This document shows positions 41,887-50,976 of a stretch of DNA of 62,652 bases, piece after piece (position 1 is the first letter of the stretch; every line of letters starts with the position of its first letter). Position numbers and translations under genes: made by a program. The stretch is from Parcubacteria group bacterium. Lineage in GTDB: Bacteria > Patescibacteriota > Minisyncoccia > Phycocordibacterales > Phycocordibacteraceae. The notes beneath the pieces are model-generated. The model searched no databases. It was not told the DNA's origin and was given only the letters and a program-made list of their open reading frames with translations. The stretch is from positions 1-62,652 of the forward strand of contig JAQBRJ010000006.1 of assembly GCA_028286545.1 (NCBI GenBank). The letters run 5' to 3'.

Positions 41887-43512
41887 TTATATGGCTGGAG
41901 TACTCGTCGATACGAGCACTTTCTCTCCTTCGGAAAGTCCGCGCACGTCCGTCACGATCATAAGTGTTGGATCGAGTGGTGTGGTTACCTGAATGCGATC
42001 ACCAACAACGTCTCCAATAGTTACGTTGTGTGCAACGAGGCGACCATCAGCATCGACCGTAAAGACAGCACGCGTAGTGGTCATGAGCTTAAGGGCAGTG
42101 AGTGGAAGAAGCTGCACGGTCGGTGTTGTCGCTGTGCTGGTAGCGGTAGTCGTTACCTTTGTTTGATTCTCAGGCTGGGGGAATGAGATACGAACTGATT
42201 GACCGTTCACAAGATCAGACGCATTTTGCACCGCAACATGTACTTCTATCTGCTTAGTTACAGGATCGAGGGCTGCATTTACTGACGTAACGGTTCCCGT
42301 GTGACCCCCTTCGATCGTTACCGTCATGCCTGGTGTGAGTTCATCACGATTCTGCTCAGGAATGTAGGCAACGATTTCGAGTGCTCCGTTTTGAGCAACG
42401 GTTGCTACGTGGGTGAAGGCACCAACGTAATCACCAACGTGTAGCGAAAGGAAGTTGAGCGTACCTCCGATAGTTGCGCGAATGCGGGTCTTTTCGAGAT
42501 TTGCCTGAGCGCCACGAAGTGCACCAAGCGCTTGCTTAACAGAAGCATCAGAGACAGCGAGCTGTGTGCCCGTGTTACTTGAAGTTGCACCAACCTGCGC
42601 TGCAGTCTTCTTTGCATTGTATGCGTCGCGTGCTGCAGAGAGTGCAGAGAGCTGACCGTCCACAATGCCGCGTGCTCGAGCGAGTGCAGCGAGTTGAGCA
42701 GCTGTTGCGTCTGAACCTTGCTGATTTGCCGCTACCGAAAGTTGAGATAAGAACGCGGAGACTGCTTGAGTATCAGTTGTTGCCTGAGCAAGGAGGGTTG
42801 TAGGATCAGCCGAATCAGCTGTTGCTACTTTAGCGCCCCATGCATCCATACGATCCGTAAGCGCTGCGCGCTTACGCGAAATATCCTGACTTGTTCCTGC
42901 GCTTATCAAAAGCTGAGGACCAATTGGCGTAGCGTTTCCGAAGAAGGTACCGACATCATTGGTGAGAGTTGAATCAACTGCCGTGAATGCTGAACGATAG
43001 GTTGCACGTGCAGCAGTCTGCGCTTCTGCAAATGACGTCTGCGTGTTGCCGCTCTGAAGGCTGGTGATGTTGCGTGATGCTACCGCAGCATCATAGGCGC
43101 CTTGTGCCTGAAGTACGGTTGCTGCTTCGCTCGCATTATCAAGCTCTGCAATTATTGAACCTGCAGCCACCCTGGAACCTTCTTTTGCGTACACTCCTTT
43201 AACCGTTCCTCCTGCCTGTGCTGAAAGCTGTGCTTCACTAATAGACTGCACGGTACCAAGTATCGAGACACCATCGCCATTTCCTGAGAGCGACGAAACG
43301 CTTGAGAGGGTAACGGTGCGTTCTTGTGGTGACGCATCTGCTGCGCCTCCTGAGCTCGCAAGTGCAATACCTCCAATGATCACCGCGAGTATCGCAGCTA
43401 CGATTAGTGCCTGTGCCCAAAGCTTGAGTCCACGGAATTGTTTCCATGTACGGATGGAGCGAGCTTTAAGGACTGAAGCGGCAGAACGGAGGCGGTTGAG
43501 GAGGGACTTCAT
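41887..43512 (-). CDS. Efflux periplasmic adaptor (membrane fusion protein) with an unusually long Ala/Thr/Gln-rich alpha-hairpin
   Basis: 541 aa. N-terminal TM anchor, lipoyl-like GGTVKGVYAKEGSRVAAGSIIAELD, a long coiled-coil region and beta-barrel segments (IRATIGGTLNFLSLHVGDYV). Confidence 0.8.
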   Translation of the reverse strand: MKSLLNRLRSAASVLKARSIRTWKQFRGLKLWAQALIVAAILAVIIGGIALASSGGAADASPQERTVTLSSVSSLSGNGDGVSILGTVQSISEAQLSAQAGGTVKGVYAKEGSRVAAGSIIAELDNASEAATVLQAQGAYDAAVASRNITSLQSGNTQTSFAEAQTAARATYRSAFTAVDSTLTNDVGTFFGNATPIGPQLLISAGTSQDISRKRAALTDRMDAWGAKVATADSADPTTLLAQATTDTQAVSAFLSQLSVAANQQGSDATAAQLAALARARGIVDGQLSALSAARDAYNAKKTAAQVGATSSNTGTQLAVSDASVKQALGALRGAQANLEKTRIRATIGGTLNFLSLHVGDYVGAFTHVATVAQNGALEIVAYIPEQNRDELTPGMTVTIEGGHTGTVTSVNAALDPVTKQIEVHVAVQNASDLVNGQSVRISFPQPENQTKVTTTATSTATTPTVQLLPLTALKLMTTTRAVFTVDADGRLVAHNVTIGDVVGDRIQVTTPLDPTLMIVTDVRGLSEGEKVLVSTSTPAI

Positions 43513-43553
43513 ATGAATTGGTTAAAAATAAAAATATGCTTTATGTAAAGCGT

Positions 43554-43781
43554 TTATGCGGTTTCGTCGTTCTTGAAGAACAATCCCATAAGGCCTTGGA
43601 TCTTCTTTTCAAAGAGTTCAGTTGGCATAAGTATTACGACTTTGTGCTTGGTATGGCCCAGAACCATCATTTTCATATCTGGCTCAATACCGAGCGCTTT
43701 ACGCGCGTCGGCTGGAATGACCACTTGGCCTTTATCATTAACGGTTGTGGTACCGAATACTTGTCTATCTGAGCATTTCAT
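43554..43781 (-). CDS. AbrB/MazE/SpoVT-family DNA-binding protein
   Basis: 75 aa. TVNDKGQVVIPADARKALGIEPD is the SpoVT-AbrB swapped-hairpin motif. It is the first gene of the RND operon. Confidence 0.75.
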   Translation of the reverse strand: MKCSDRQVFGTTTVNDKGQVVIPADARKALGIEPDMKMMVLGHTKHKVVILMPTELFEKKIQGLMGLFFKNDETA

Positions 43782-43782
43782 A

Positions 43783-43803
43783 TTTTTACGACTTTTCGTA
43801 AAA
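43783..43803. promoter_or_regulatory. Perfect 9-3-9 inverted repeat immediately upstream of the abrB-like start codon (candidate operator or 5'-UTR hairpin)
   Basis: TTTTTACGA-CTT-TCGTAAAAA at 43783-43803. The start codon occupies 43779-43781 on the minus strand. Confidence 0.35.
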
Positions 43804-43977
43804 ATACCATATCAGGCTTTTGGGCGGATATCAAGGTTTTAAAGCAATCCTGCCACCAGGACTGAAATGAATTGGTTTCCTCTCCGTACTAAATATTGAT
43901 TTTAGTGTTACCCACATTGATATATTGTAGTTCAAAGCCGCCATGTATACTTAAGTAGTATTCTTAATTTTATAGAT

Positions 43978-44424
43978 ATGGAAGCTCCTCGAATGAATTC
44001 TCGTAAAGAAATGCCGCCACGTACCGCTTATTTCCAAGAAAAAACTAGAGAGCTTGCTGCGGACCTTATACAAGAGTCTGAATCTGCAGACACGTTACCG
44101 TTGCGTAAGAGCTTGAACTTGTCTCTAGAAGATATACCTGAACTCTCTGAGAATGAATCTGAGACTCAAGTTCATAACAAAATTGGTGGAAGTTACGGAG
44201 AGTTAGGCGAAGATTGGCGACAACTTAGGGAAAGTGTTATGTCATCACCAAAATTTACCGCACTTGAGCAACATCTCCGGTCAACAGGAGCCCTCGGCGA
44301 AGGTCAATATTTAATAGTGGATATTGCTGCAATGACGAAAAGTCATCATCCTGACGGCCCACATGGTCCTCTTGAAAGCCCCTATCTAGAAGTAGTGCTT
44401 CGTGCTGCCAGCTCAGATTCTTAA
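43978..44424 (+). CDS. Hypothetical acidic protein
   Basis: 148-aa ORF in an AT-rich stretch. No family recognised. Confidence 0.4.
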   Translation: MEAPRMNSRKEMPPRTAYFQEKTRELAADLIQESESADTLPLRKSLNLSLEDIPELSENESETQVHNKIGGSYGELGEDWRQLRESVMSSPKFTALEQHLRSTGALGEGQYLIVDIAAMTKSHHPDGPHGPLESPYLEVVLRAASSDS

Positions 44425-44548
44425 AGCTTAAATATAATTAGTCTTTGAGGCAAAATAATAACTTCTTAGAAGCTAGATATGATGAGTTGCAGCATCGTCA
44501 ATTACTGGCATAGAGCAGTCTGGCATCACTATCTAATACATTTACGGC

Positions 44549-44884
44549 ATGGCAACAATCGATGATTTCTTAAAACTTGATATTCGAGTGGGTGTGATAG
44601 TAGATGTCGCTGACTTTCCCGAGGCAAAGAAGCCAGCCTATAAACTCAAGATCGATTTTGGGTCAGAGATCGGTATAAAGAATTCCTCAGTTCAAATTGT
44701 AGATTTGTATACAAAAGAAGTATTGCTCGGCAGACAAGTATTAGGTGTGGTGAATTTCCCACCGAGAAAGATTGGTTCCTTTGAATCGGAAGTTCTTACG
44801 CTCGGAGTGCCGGATGAAAATGGAAAGGTTATTTTGATACGTCCTGATACCGATGCGGCTGTGGTAGGCGGCAAGCTATTTTAG
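44549..44884 (+). CDS. csaA: tRNA-binding domain protein (CsaA/EMAP-II-like OB fold)
   Basis: 111 aa. FLKLDIRVGVIVDVADFPEAKKPAYKLKIDFG...SSVQIVDLYTKEVLLGRQVLGVVNFPPRKIG.FESEVL. Confidence 0.85.
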   Translation: MATIDDFLKLDIRVGVIVDVADFPEAKKPAYKLKIDFGSEIGIKNSSVQIVDLYTKEVLLGRQVLGVVNFPPRKIGSFESEVLTLGVPDENGKVILIRPDTDAAVVGGKLF

Positions 44885-44889
44885 AAATG

Positions 44890-44924
44890 AAAAAGTTCCG
44901 TAGAAGCACAGAGCTTCCCGGAAC
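44890..44924 (-). terminator. Intrinsic terminator of the 44949..45260 gene
   Basis: Minus-strand hairpin GUUCCG-G-GAAGC-UCUGU-GCUUC-UA-CGGAAC followed by UUUUUCAUUU. Confidence 0.6.
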
Positions 44925-44948
44925 CTTTGGCCCGTCAAATGACGTCGG

Positions 44949-45260
44949 TCACTTTTGGGCAATGAACACGGCATAGACGAGGCCAACCTCGACCGTCACC
45001 TCGAGCTCGTCGTTAAGCGTTTGGGCAATGATCTTGCCGTGCTCGAGGTCGTCAGGACTGACATTGACGCGCAGGTAGGGATCGAGTTCGCCCGTCGCGA
45101 CGCACCGTACCTCCGCTGGAATAATGTTCGTGATCGAATCGTCGAGGTGACCATCACGCCGAAGAATATTCCTGACCTTCTCCTCCATGTCATGTGCGTT
45201 CGAATTTTCTGAGCTGTCGATACCGTCGAAACCGACGATGAGAACACTAGTGGCGGTCAT
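44949..45260 (-). CDS. Hypothetical protein
   Basis: 103 aa. GAGGAGA lies 7 nt upstream. Own terminator. G+C is 34/60 at 45001-45060. No family recognised. Confidence 0.55.
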   Translation of the reverse strand: MTATSVLIVGFDGIDSSENSNAHDMEEKVRNILRRDGHLDDSITNIIPAEVRCVATGELDPYLRVNVSPDDLEHGKIIAQTLNDELEVTVEVGLVYAVFIAQK

Positions 45261-45375
45261 CAGACCATCTCCTCTTATAGCTAACCGCTTGAAGCGGACT
45301 CGAGTATAATATAACAGAATATTTATATGTAAAGAGGTTCGATTATCAACCCTCCCGAGGCGTTATAGTAGAAAC

Positions 45376-45888
45376 ATGCGTATAGATATCGTTGGATTAC
45401 CTGCAAGTGGAAAATCAACACTGGCAGTAAGTATTTCAAATAAATTTTCAATAAAACATATACATCTGGATGAATTTTGGTTTGAAGCTGGAGGTATGCA
45501 AGGAAGGAGAGTCACTCCAAACATTGAAGAGGTGCATATAAAAGTGCGTGAGAAAGTGGAGGAAGCATTGGCTGCTGATTCTTGGGTCTCGGACGGAACG
45601 TACCTGCATGTGCAAGATCTACTCGCAAAACGTGCAGATCAGATAGTATTTTTAGATATACCCCTTTGGATTCGATTAGCACGTCACGCAAAGCGAATAT
45701 TTTTTGAACCAAAGAGGCATGCTCACCTCACGCTTTGGGACGATCTCACATTTTTCCGTGAATTAATTAGGCGCAATTTTTCAAGTGGACCAAAACTTCG
45801 AAATTTTATCACTGAACATCAAGACAAGGTGATCATATTGCGATCGAACACTGACGTTCTGAAATATCAGAAAAGTTTGGGATTGTAG
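45376..45888 (+). CDS. P-loop NTPase / kinase (topology-modulation FlaR / adenylate-kinase-like)
   Basis: 170 aa. IVGLPASGKSTLA Walker A followed by ..IKHIHLDEFWF, typical of this small kinase-like family. Confidence 0.65.
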   Translation: MRIDIVGLPASGKSTLAVSISNKFSIKHIHLDEFWFEAGGMQGRRVTPNIEEVHIKVREKVEEALAADSWVSDGTYLHVQDLLAKRADQIVFLDIPLWIRLARHAKRIFFEPKRHAHLTLWDDLTFFRELIRRNFSSGPKLRNFITEHQDKVIILRSNTDVLKYQKSLGL

Positions 45889-45893
45889 GAATT

Positions 45894-45919
45894 GCGCCCG
45901 ACGGAGTCGGGCGCTTTTT
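45894..45919 (+). terminator. Intrinsic terminator after the P-loop gene
   Basis: GCGCCCGAC-GGA-GUCGGGCGC followed by UUUUU. Confidence 0.75.
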
Positions 45920-45931
45920 GGTGCAATGCAG

Positions 45932-46039
45932 TTATCGCCGTTTATTCCTGCGGAAGGTTGATGTTGCGAGTCCGATGAAGACAAGTGCAACGATCAGCGC
46001 AAGACAAATGTCTGCAAAATGCTCGTCGCTTAGTGGCAT
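45932..46039 (-). CDS. Possible 35-aa small membrane protein (below the ORF-track cut-off)
   Basis: My own translation: MPLSDEHFADICLALIVALVFIGLATSTFRRNKRR. One TM helix. GGGAGAG lies 5 nt upstream of the ATG. Confidence 0.25.
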   Translation of the reverse strand: MPLSDEHFADICLALIVALVFIGLATSTFRRNKRR

Positions 46040-46293
46040 CGAATCTCTCCCAAAGATCTTGAATAGCGTCACAATCATAATCGCATGAAGATTTGTTCAT
46101 ACTTCATGATGTGCACAGGAATATCGCTCACCAAGTTTTCATTACCTATTAGGTATACTGCAGGCTCATCCTGAGATACTTCGTCTCGGGATTTCCGCGT
46201 TCTTTATATATACCTATATAGGTACGTGGCACTAACTTACAAAATCTAACCACACACGAAGAAAATAGAATTAGCAATAACACACATTGACTT

Positions 46294-47286
46294 ATGCACG
46301 CATTCTTTACAAAACTCGGGGCGCTAGCAATGGCCCCACTATTCTTCGCCGGTGGATTCGGTCACTGGGGTGCTGTCGCAAGCACCACACCATCTACAGG
46401 CGACACGAGCACAAGCACTGCGCTCAGTATTAGCAGTGTAAGCGGACCATCAACTCTTGCGGTAGACGCACAGGGAACATGGACCGTGAACGTCTCAACA
46501 AACGCGACTTCATCGCTTCACTACTCCGTAGTATGGGGTGATGAAGGTACGGCAACCTCCTTGCGCTCGATGGCAGCTCTCGTAGACACATCGGGCACCT
46601 TTACTCATTCGTACGCATCTAAGGGAACGTACAAACCAACGTTCACCGTTACCGATGACAATGGTCACACGGCCACGAAGTCTGCGACGGTGACGGTGGG
46701 TACTGAGGCAAAGCTTCACCTCACCTCAGTAGCACCAACGTCTGGTGCCGTTGGTAGCACCATCGCACTTACTGGAACAGGCTTCACGGCTAGTAGTACG
46801 GTAACGATTGGTGGGGTAGCAGCTACAACAACGCTCCAGAACAATGGAACGCTCTCGATTACGGTCCCTTCGCTTAAGACTGGTACGTATAACGTGCGAG
46901 TGTTGAACGGAGACAAGAAGAGTAACGTTGTTAGCTTCAAAGTAACCGCAAAGGCATCAGTGCTTTCAATCTCGGGTATTGATGCACCTGTGTCACTCGT
47001 CGTTGGTGCAACAGGTACCTGGACGGTACGCGGCGCAACGACCGCAGACAATCTTCACTACTCCGTAGTATGGGGTGATGAAGGAAATACCTCTGCACGT
47101 ATGATGGCTTCAAGCGTATCGACGCAGACATCATCTACCTTTACCCACGCATATCAGACTGCAGGAAAGTATCAGCCGAAGTTTACAATCTCGGATGATG
47201 CGGGCCACTCGCAGTCAGTAAGCGCATCGGTAGTTGTTCGCGCTGATACATCAGGCGATACCAACGACAATGATGATGACTCTTAA
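46294..47286 (+). CDS. Secreted PKD - IPT/TIG - PKD domain protein
   Basis: 330 aa with a signal peptide. Two PKD-like units (LHYSVVWGDEG...FTH.Y...G.Y.P.FT..DD.GH) flank an IPT/TIG-like unit (LTSVAPTSGAVGSTIALTGTGF). Confidence 0.75.
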   Translation: MHAFFTKLGALAMAPLFFAGGFGHWGAVASTTPSTGDTSTSTALSISSVSGPSTLAVDAQGTWTVNVSTNATSSLHYSVVWGDEGTATSLRSMAALVDTSGTFTHSYASKGTYKPTFTVTDDNGHTATKSATVTVGTEAKLHLTSVAPTSGAVGSTIALTGTGFTASSTVTIGGVAATTTLQNNGTLSITVPSLKTGTYNVRVLNGDKKSNVVSFKVTAKASVLSISGIDAPVSLVVGATGTWTVRGATTADNLHYSVVWGDEGNTSARMMASSVSTQTSSTFTHAYQTAGKYQPKFTISDDAGHSQSVSASVVVRADTSGDTNDNDDDS

Positions 47287-47325
47287 GATTCGCTGATACG
47301 AGATTCGTATAGGGGATCTAAATAA

Positions 47326-47358
47326 AGGAACGGGCGCCGCTATGCGGCGCCCGTTCCT
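47326..47358 (+). terminator. Strong GC-rich hairpin after the PKD gene
   Basis: AGGAACGGGCGCCGC-TAT-GCGGCGCCCGTTCCT, a 15-bp perfect stem. The downstream T-tract (TTCTGT) is weak. Confidence 0.6.
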
Positions 47359-47441
47359 TCTGTACACCCCACACACACCCTTCATGAAGAATTTGCTACT
47401 ATATAAAGGAATACAGGCTACTACTCTAATCCCTCTTCTCT

Positions 47442-47828
47442 ATGAACGAACTCTCAGCATTTAGTGGATACTCGGTAAATGACACGGATTCTGCAAAGAC
47501 ATTCTATGCAGATACACTTGGTCAGAACGTAACAGAACAAAAGGAGGGACTAAAAATAACGCTTAAGGGTGGTGGGGAAGTCTTTCTCTATGAAAAATCA
47601 GACCATGCTCCCGCGACTTTCACGGTGCTCAATTTCGTGGTGAGTAATATTGATGAGGCTGTTGCGTCATTACAGGAGAAAGGCGTAGCGCTTGAGAATT
47701 ACGATATGGGTCCCATGAAAGCCGACGATAAGGGCATCTATCGCGGTATCGCGTCTGGCCATGGCCCCGACATCGCATGGTTCAAAGATTCGGCGGGCAA
47801 CATACTCTCAGTGCTTCAATCTGCATAA
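47442..47828 (+). CDS. VOC family protein (glyoxalase-like)
   Basis: 128 aa. FSGYSVNDTDSAKTFYADTLG and ...WFKDSAGNILSVLQ are VOC fold hallmarks. Confidence 0.7.
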   Translation: MNELSAFSGYSVNDTDSAKTFYADTLGQNVTEQKEGLKITLKGGGEVFLYEKSDHAPATFTVLNFVVSNIDEAVASLQEKGVALENYDMGPMKADDKGIYRGIASGHGPDIAWFKDSAGNILSVLQSA

Positions 47829-47841
47829 CCCACACTTATTT

Positions 47842-48720
47842 ATGAAACGAACATATACCTCTCTCGCCATCATCCTACTTGTGCTCATTGTCGCCGTCGT
47901 CGCGTACATGCTCTACCCGGTAAAGCAGAATGAGCCTGCGGTAATTACGCCAAGCGGCGCCGTTGCCTATACCTGTGACAGTGGAAAGACATTCACGGCA
48001 ACATTCAGCGATACTGATGTCGCTCTAACGCTTTCTGATGGTCGCTCTCTCACACTTCCGCACGTTATGTCAGGTTCAGGCATTCGCTACGAACAAGGCA
48101 ACGTAGTGCTGGTAGGAAAGGGCAGCGATGCATTTATCGAAGAGAATGGTGCACAGACGTATGTGAACTGTGTGGTAAATGCAGCTGCACCAGTAACAAC
48201 GACCACGACAACCAACACAACCTTTACTGACCAAGGCCATACCTTTTCGTTCTCCTACCCATCTGACTTCACCGCTTCCGGTGCCGGTATCGGTTACACC
48301 CAGGAGTGGATGAGCAATGCGACAACGACAGGGCTTGTGCTCGCAAAGCTCACACTTCCAAGATCGTTCCAGTCAAGCACTAACTTTAGCGAAGCGAAGC
48401 TTACCGTTGGCACGAGTGCAGACGCTGCTGCAGTAGCGTCATGTCTTACTGATACGACGGGCACGAGTGTAAGCAAGTCGACCGTTACCATTAATGGCAC
48501 GACGTATACGAAGTTTGTTGGAAGTGATGCAGGTGCAGGAAACCTCTACCAAACAACCAGTTATCACACGAAGCGTAATAGCCAGTGCTACGTCGTTGAA
48601 TACACCATTCACTCAACAAACATTGGAAACTATTCTCCTGATCAAGGCATCAAAGAATACGACAGTGTGAAGGTGAATGCGTTACTCGATAGCGTGGTTC
48701 AGAGTTTCAAATTCCTCTAA
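47842..48720 (+). CDS. Membrane-anchored protein with an N-terminal MliC-like (C-type lysozyme inhibitor) domain
   Basis: TM anchor, then AYTCDSGKTFTATF...VALTLSDGRSLTLPHVMSGSGIRYEQG...GKGSDAFIEENG...VNC, which matches the MliC pattern. I place the start at ATG 47842. Confidence 0.6.
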   Translation: MKRTYTSLAIILLVLIVAVVAYMLYPVKQNEPAVITPSGAVAYTCDSGKTFTATFSDTDVALTLSDGRSLTLPHVMSGSGIRYEQGNVVLVGKGSDAFIEENGAQTYVNCVVNAAAPVTTTTTTNTTFTDQGHTFSFSYPSDFTASGAGIGYTQEWMSNATTTGLVLAKLTLPRSFQSSTNFSEAKLTVGTSADAAAVASCLTDTTGTSVSKSTVTINGTTYTKFVGSDAGAGNLYQTTSYHTKRNSQCYVVEYTIHSTNIGNYSPDQGIKEYDSVKVNALLDSVVQSFKFL

Positions 48721-48969
48721 CAATTGTTCACAAAGTATTCACATACTCTCTCGTATAATGCGAGAGTTATGACTACTTCATATCGAACAAGTAATCGCCA
48801 AAGCATGCAGTTCAGGATGCGTATGTTTATGCGCAAGGCACGTACGCGTGTTTTTGCTGCATTTATTGAGCTTCTTGAAAGCGACACACGTCTTGCGGCG
48901 TAAGTAAGACGTGTAGCAGCGTAGGCAATACCCATTCTTCATCTTGGTGCGGATGCTAGGATAGAGAGA

Positions 48970-49977
48970 ATGATTCGTGCCTTTGTACGTACCGCTCATC
49001 GCTCCTGGAAGCGTACGCTTCGCTATCTCATTATAGGAACGGTTATATTCCTTATATTATTCGTACTCGCCTATGCGCACTTCTTTGGTCCTGTTCAGAA
49101 GCAGGCACTCGCCGAGCAATTTATCGTTACTCCTGGCAGCACGACTGAACAGGTAATTAGTCAGCTCAAAACAGAGGGATATGTGCGCAGCTCGTGGGCG
49201 CTCAGAATCGCCCTCCTTGAAAAGGCACAAGGGAAGTCAGTGCGTGCCGGAGGATACTCTATTTCAAAAAGCATGGACACCTGGACGGTGGCAAAAACAC
49301 TCGTCGGCCCTCCACAGTTAGTCTTCGTGACATTCCCACCCGCAATACGAAAAGAACAGATGGGAGAGATTCTTGCAGGCGCGCTCAACTGGAGTCCTGG
49401 AGAGAAAGAGCAGTGGAATACCACCGCGACCGAACCCGACCCTAATTTTATCGAAGGCGTTTACTATCCCGACACCTATCTAATACCAAGCGATCAAACA
49501 CCCGCACAGGTTGCTGCCCGCATGCGTGGTCGCTTCACCGACGTTTTTGCACCGTACGCAAAAGAAGCACAACAAAAAGGCGTGAAGTGGACGGACGTGC
49601 TCACGCTCGCCTCCATTGTTGATCGTGAAGCAGGAAAGAATGATAAGGCGCTGGTGGCCGGTATTCTTTTGAATAGGCTGGATACCGGTATGAGACTCCA
49701 GGCGGACGCGACGCTGCAATATATAAAAGGTGCGCAAGGGAATTGGTGGCCGCAGCCGACGAGCGCTGATAAATACTTAGAATCAGCATTTAATACGTAC
49801 CAACACTCCGGCTTGCCGCCGCACCCTATTGATAATCCGAGCCTGGAGTCTATTGCTGCCGTACTCAATCCAGACGATACGAACTGCCTCTTCTATCTCC
49901 ACGACGACAGTCACGATATTCATTGCTCACTTACCTATGCAGGGCAGAAGAGTAATGTGAATAAGTATTTAAAGTAG
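48970..49977 (+). CDS. mltG: Endolytic murein transglycosylase MltG (YceG family)
   Basis: 335 aa. N-terminal TM helix, EGVYYPDTYLIP, LASIVDREA, LQADATLQY, NTYQHSGLPPHPIDNP and LFYLH. Confidence 0.88.
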   Translation: MIRAFVRTAHRSWKRTLRYLIIGTVIFLILFVLAYAHFFGPVQKQALAEQFIVTPGSTTEQVISQLKTEGYVRSSWALRIALLEKAQGKSVRAGGYSISKSMDTWTVAKTLVGPPQLVFVTFPPAIRKEQMGEILAGALNWSPGEKEQWNTTATEPDPNFIEGVYYPDTYLIPSDQTPAQVAARMRGRFTDVFAPYAKEAQQKGVKWTDVLTLASIVDREAGKNDKALVAGILLNRLDTGMRLQADATLQYIKGAQGNWWPQPTSADKYLESAFNTYQHSGLPPHPIDNPSLESIAAVLNPDDTNCLFYLHDDSHDIHCSLTYAGQKSNVNKYLK

Positions 49978-49990
49978 GTTTGCTCGTACC

Positions 49991-50026
49991 AAATAAAAAG
50001 CCGCGTGAACGAAATTCGTTACGCGG
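49991..50026 (-). terminator. Intrinsic terminator of the 50027..50392 gene
   Basis: Minus-strand hairpin CCGCGUAACG-AAUUU-CGUUCACGCGG (one bulge) starts directly after the stop and is followed by CUUUUUAUUU. Confidence 0.6.
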
Positions 50027-50392
50027 TCACTCAGCTGAAGCTGAGCTTATTATTTCTTGCTTTCGTGCTTCCACCCATTCGGCGGTAACTCGCTTCTCAG
50101 CCTCTGCCCTAAGTCTGGTCAGATGATCTTTTGGAATCACGGAGGTAACCCCGCATTTATCGCAGTCGCGTCGACTGGCCAAATTATTGATCGCTGAATC
50201 GAGAGCACTGGGAAGCTCAACCTGGCTTGAAGGCACAAGGGGATTTACCAGTATCCACTCTTTGGTCTCGACCAGATGTCCCAGGCCGCAACAGGGGCAC
50301 GCAAGGCTGGCCCTCATGAAAAATCGCAGCATCGCTATGCGATTGTCTTTTGCCCTGCCTGTAATTTTTGGGTCCCACGTATTAACGTACAT
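50027..50392 (-). CDS. Hypothetical protein with two CxxC pairs (zinc-ribbon-like)
   Basis: 121 aa with CPCCG and CDKCG. AAGGGAGA lies about 7 nt upstream. Own terminator. Confidence 0.55.
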   Translation of the reverse strand: MYVNTWDPKITGRAKDNRIAMLRFFMRASLACPCCGLGHLVETKEWILVNPLVPSSQVELPSALDSAINNLASRRDCDKCGVTSVIPKDHLTRLRAEAEKRVTAEWVEARKQEIISSASAE

Positions 50393-50461
50393 TACTATTC
50401 TCCCTTCCAGGCAAACCTACCATAGGTTTGAGAAAGGTTCTACAACTGTTCTCGTAGGCTG

Positions 50462-50511
50462 TTGACCTTCACCCGGACTTCATATATACTTAGCTATGCT
50501 AACTATTAGCC
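50462..50511 (+). promoter_or_regulatory. Promoter and candidate MarR operator of the efflux operon
   Basis: TTGACC (50462-50467), a 17-nt spacer, then TATACT (50485-50490). Overlapping inverted repeats TTAGC-N3-GCTAA-N4-TTAGC follow directly, just before ATG 50513. Confidence 0.45.
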
Positions 50512-50512
50512 T

Positions 50513-50941
50513 ATGACTAAAAAACCACCTTCAGACATGGGAGAGCTATCTTCACTGATGTTCGAAATGGGCCGCAAGCTTAAGCATCAGATAAGTGTTG
50601 ATGGCATGGGTCCTTCTACGTACCTGCACCTTGAGACCCTTCGTCACATACAGGAAGTAGGACAGCCCGATATGCAGGCCGTCGCTGACTATTTGCGTAT
50701 CAAGTCGCCCTCAGCAACGCGCCTTATACATGCGCTCGTATCTGATGGTTTGCTTAAGCGCATCCCTGACGCTAACGATCGTCGTCGTATTGAGCTCGCG
50801 CTTACTCCTGCGGGAGTGCGCATGCTTGAAAAGGCAACGCGTAAGCGCGCTGAAGCGTTTGCGCGCGTGATCGAACCATTGTCATCTGCTGATCGTAAAG
50901 AGTTTGCTCGATTGCTCACTATTATTACTCGTCGTTCGTAA
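50513..50941 (+). CDS. MarR family transcriptional regulator
   Basis: 142 aa. Winged-helix region (VADYLRIKSPSATRLIHALVSDGLLKRIPDANDRRRIELALTPAG). Confidence 0.88.
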   Translation: MTKKPPSDMGELSSLMFEMGRKLKHQISVDGMGPSTYLHLETLRHIQEVGQPDMQAVADYLRIKSPSATRLIHALVSDGLLKRIPDANDRRRIELALTPAGVRMLEKATRKRAEAFARVIEPLSSADRKEFARLLTIITRRS

Positions 50942-50976
50942 GTGCTCGTACTTCGTTATCTTTTAAATATTCATTC

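Noticed and set aside
48769-48909. 46-aa + strand ORF (MTTSYRTSNRQSMQFRMRMFMRKART...) upstream of mltG, plus the hairpin CTCTCG-TATAATG-CGAGAG at 48746-48764.
   Set aside because: The peptide is Arg/Met-rich and featureless. The hairpin lacks a T-tract, and its loop may simply be the mltG -10 element. Neither is strong enough to report.
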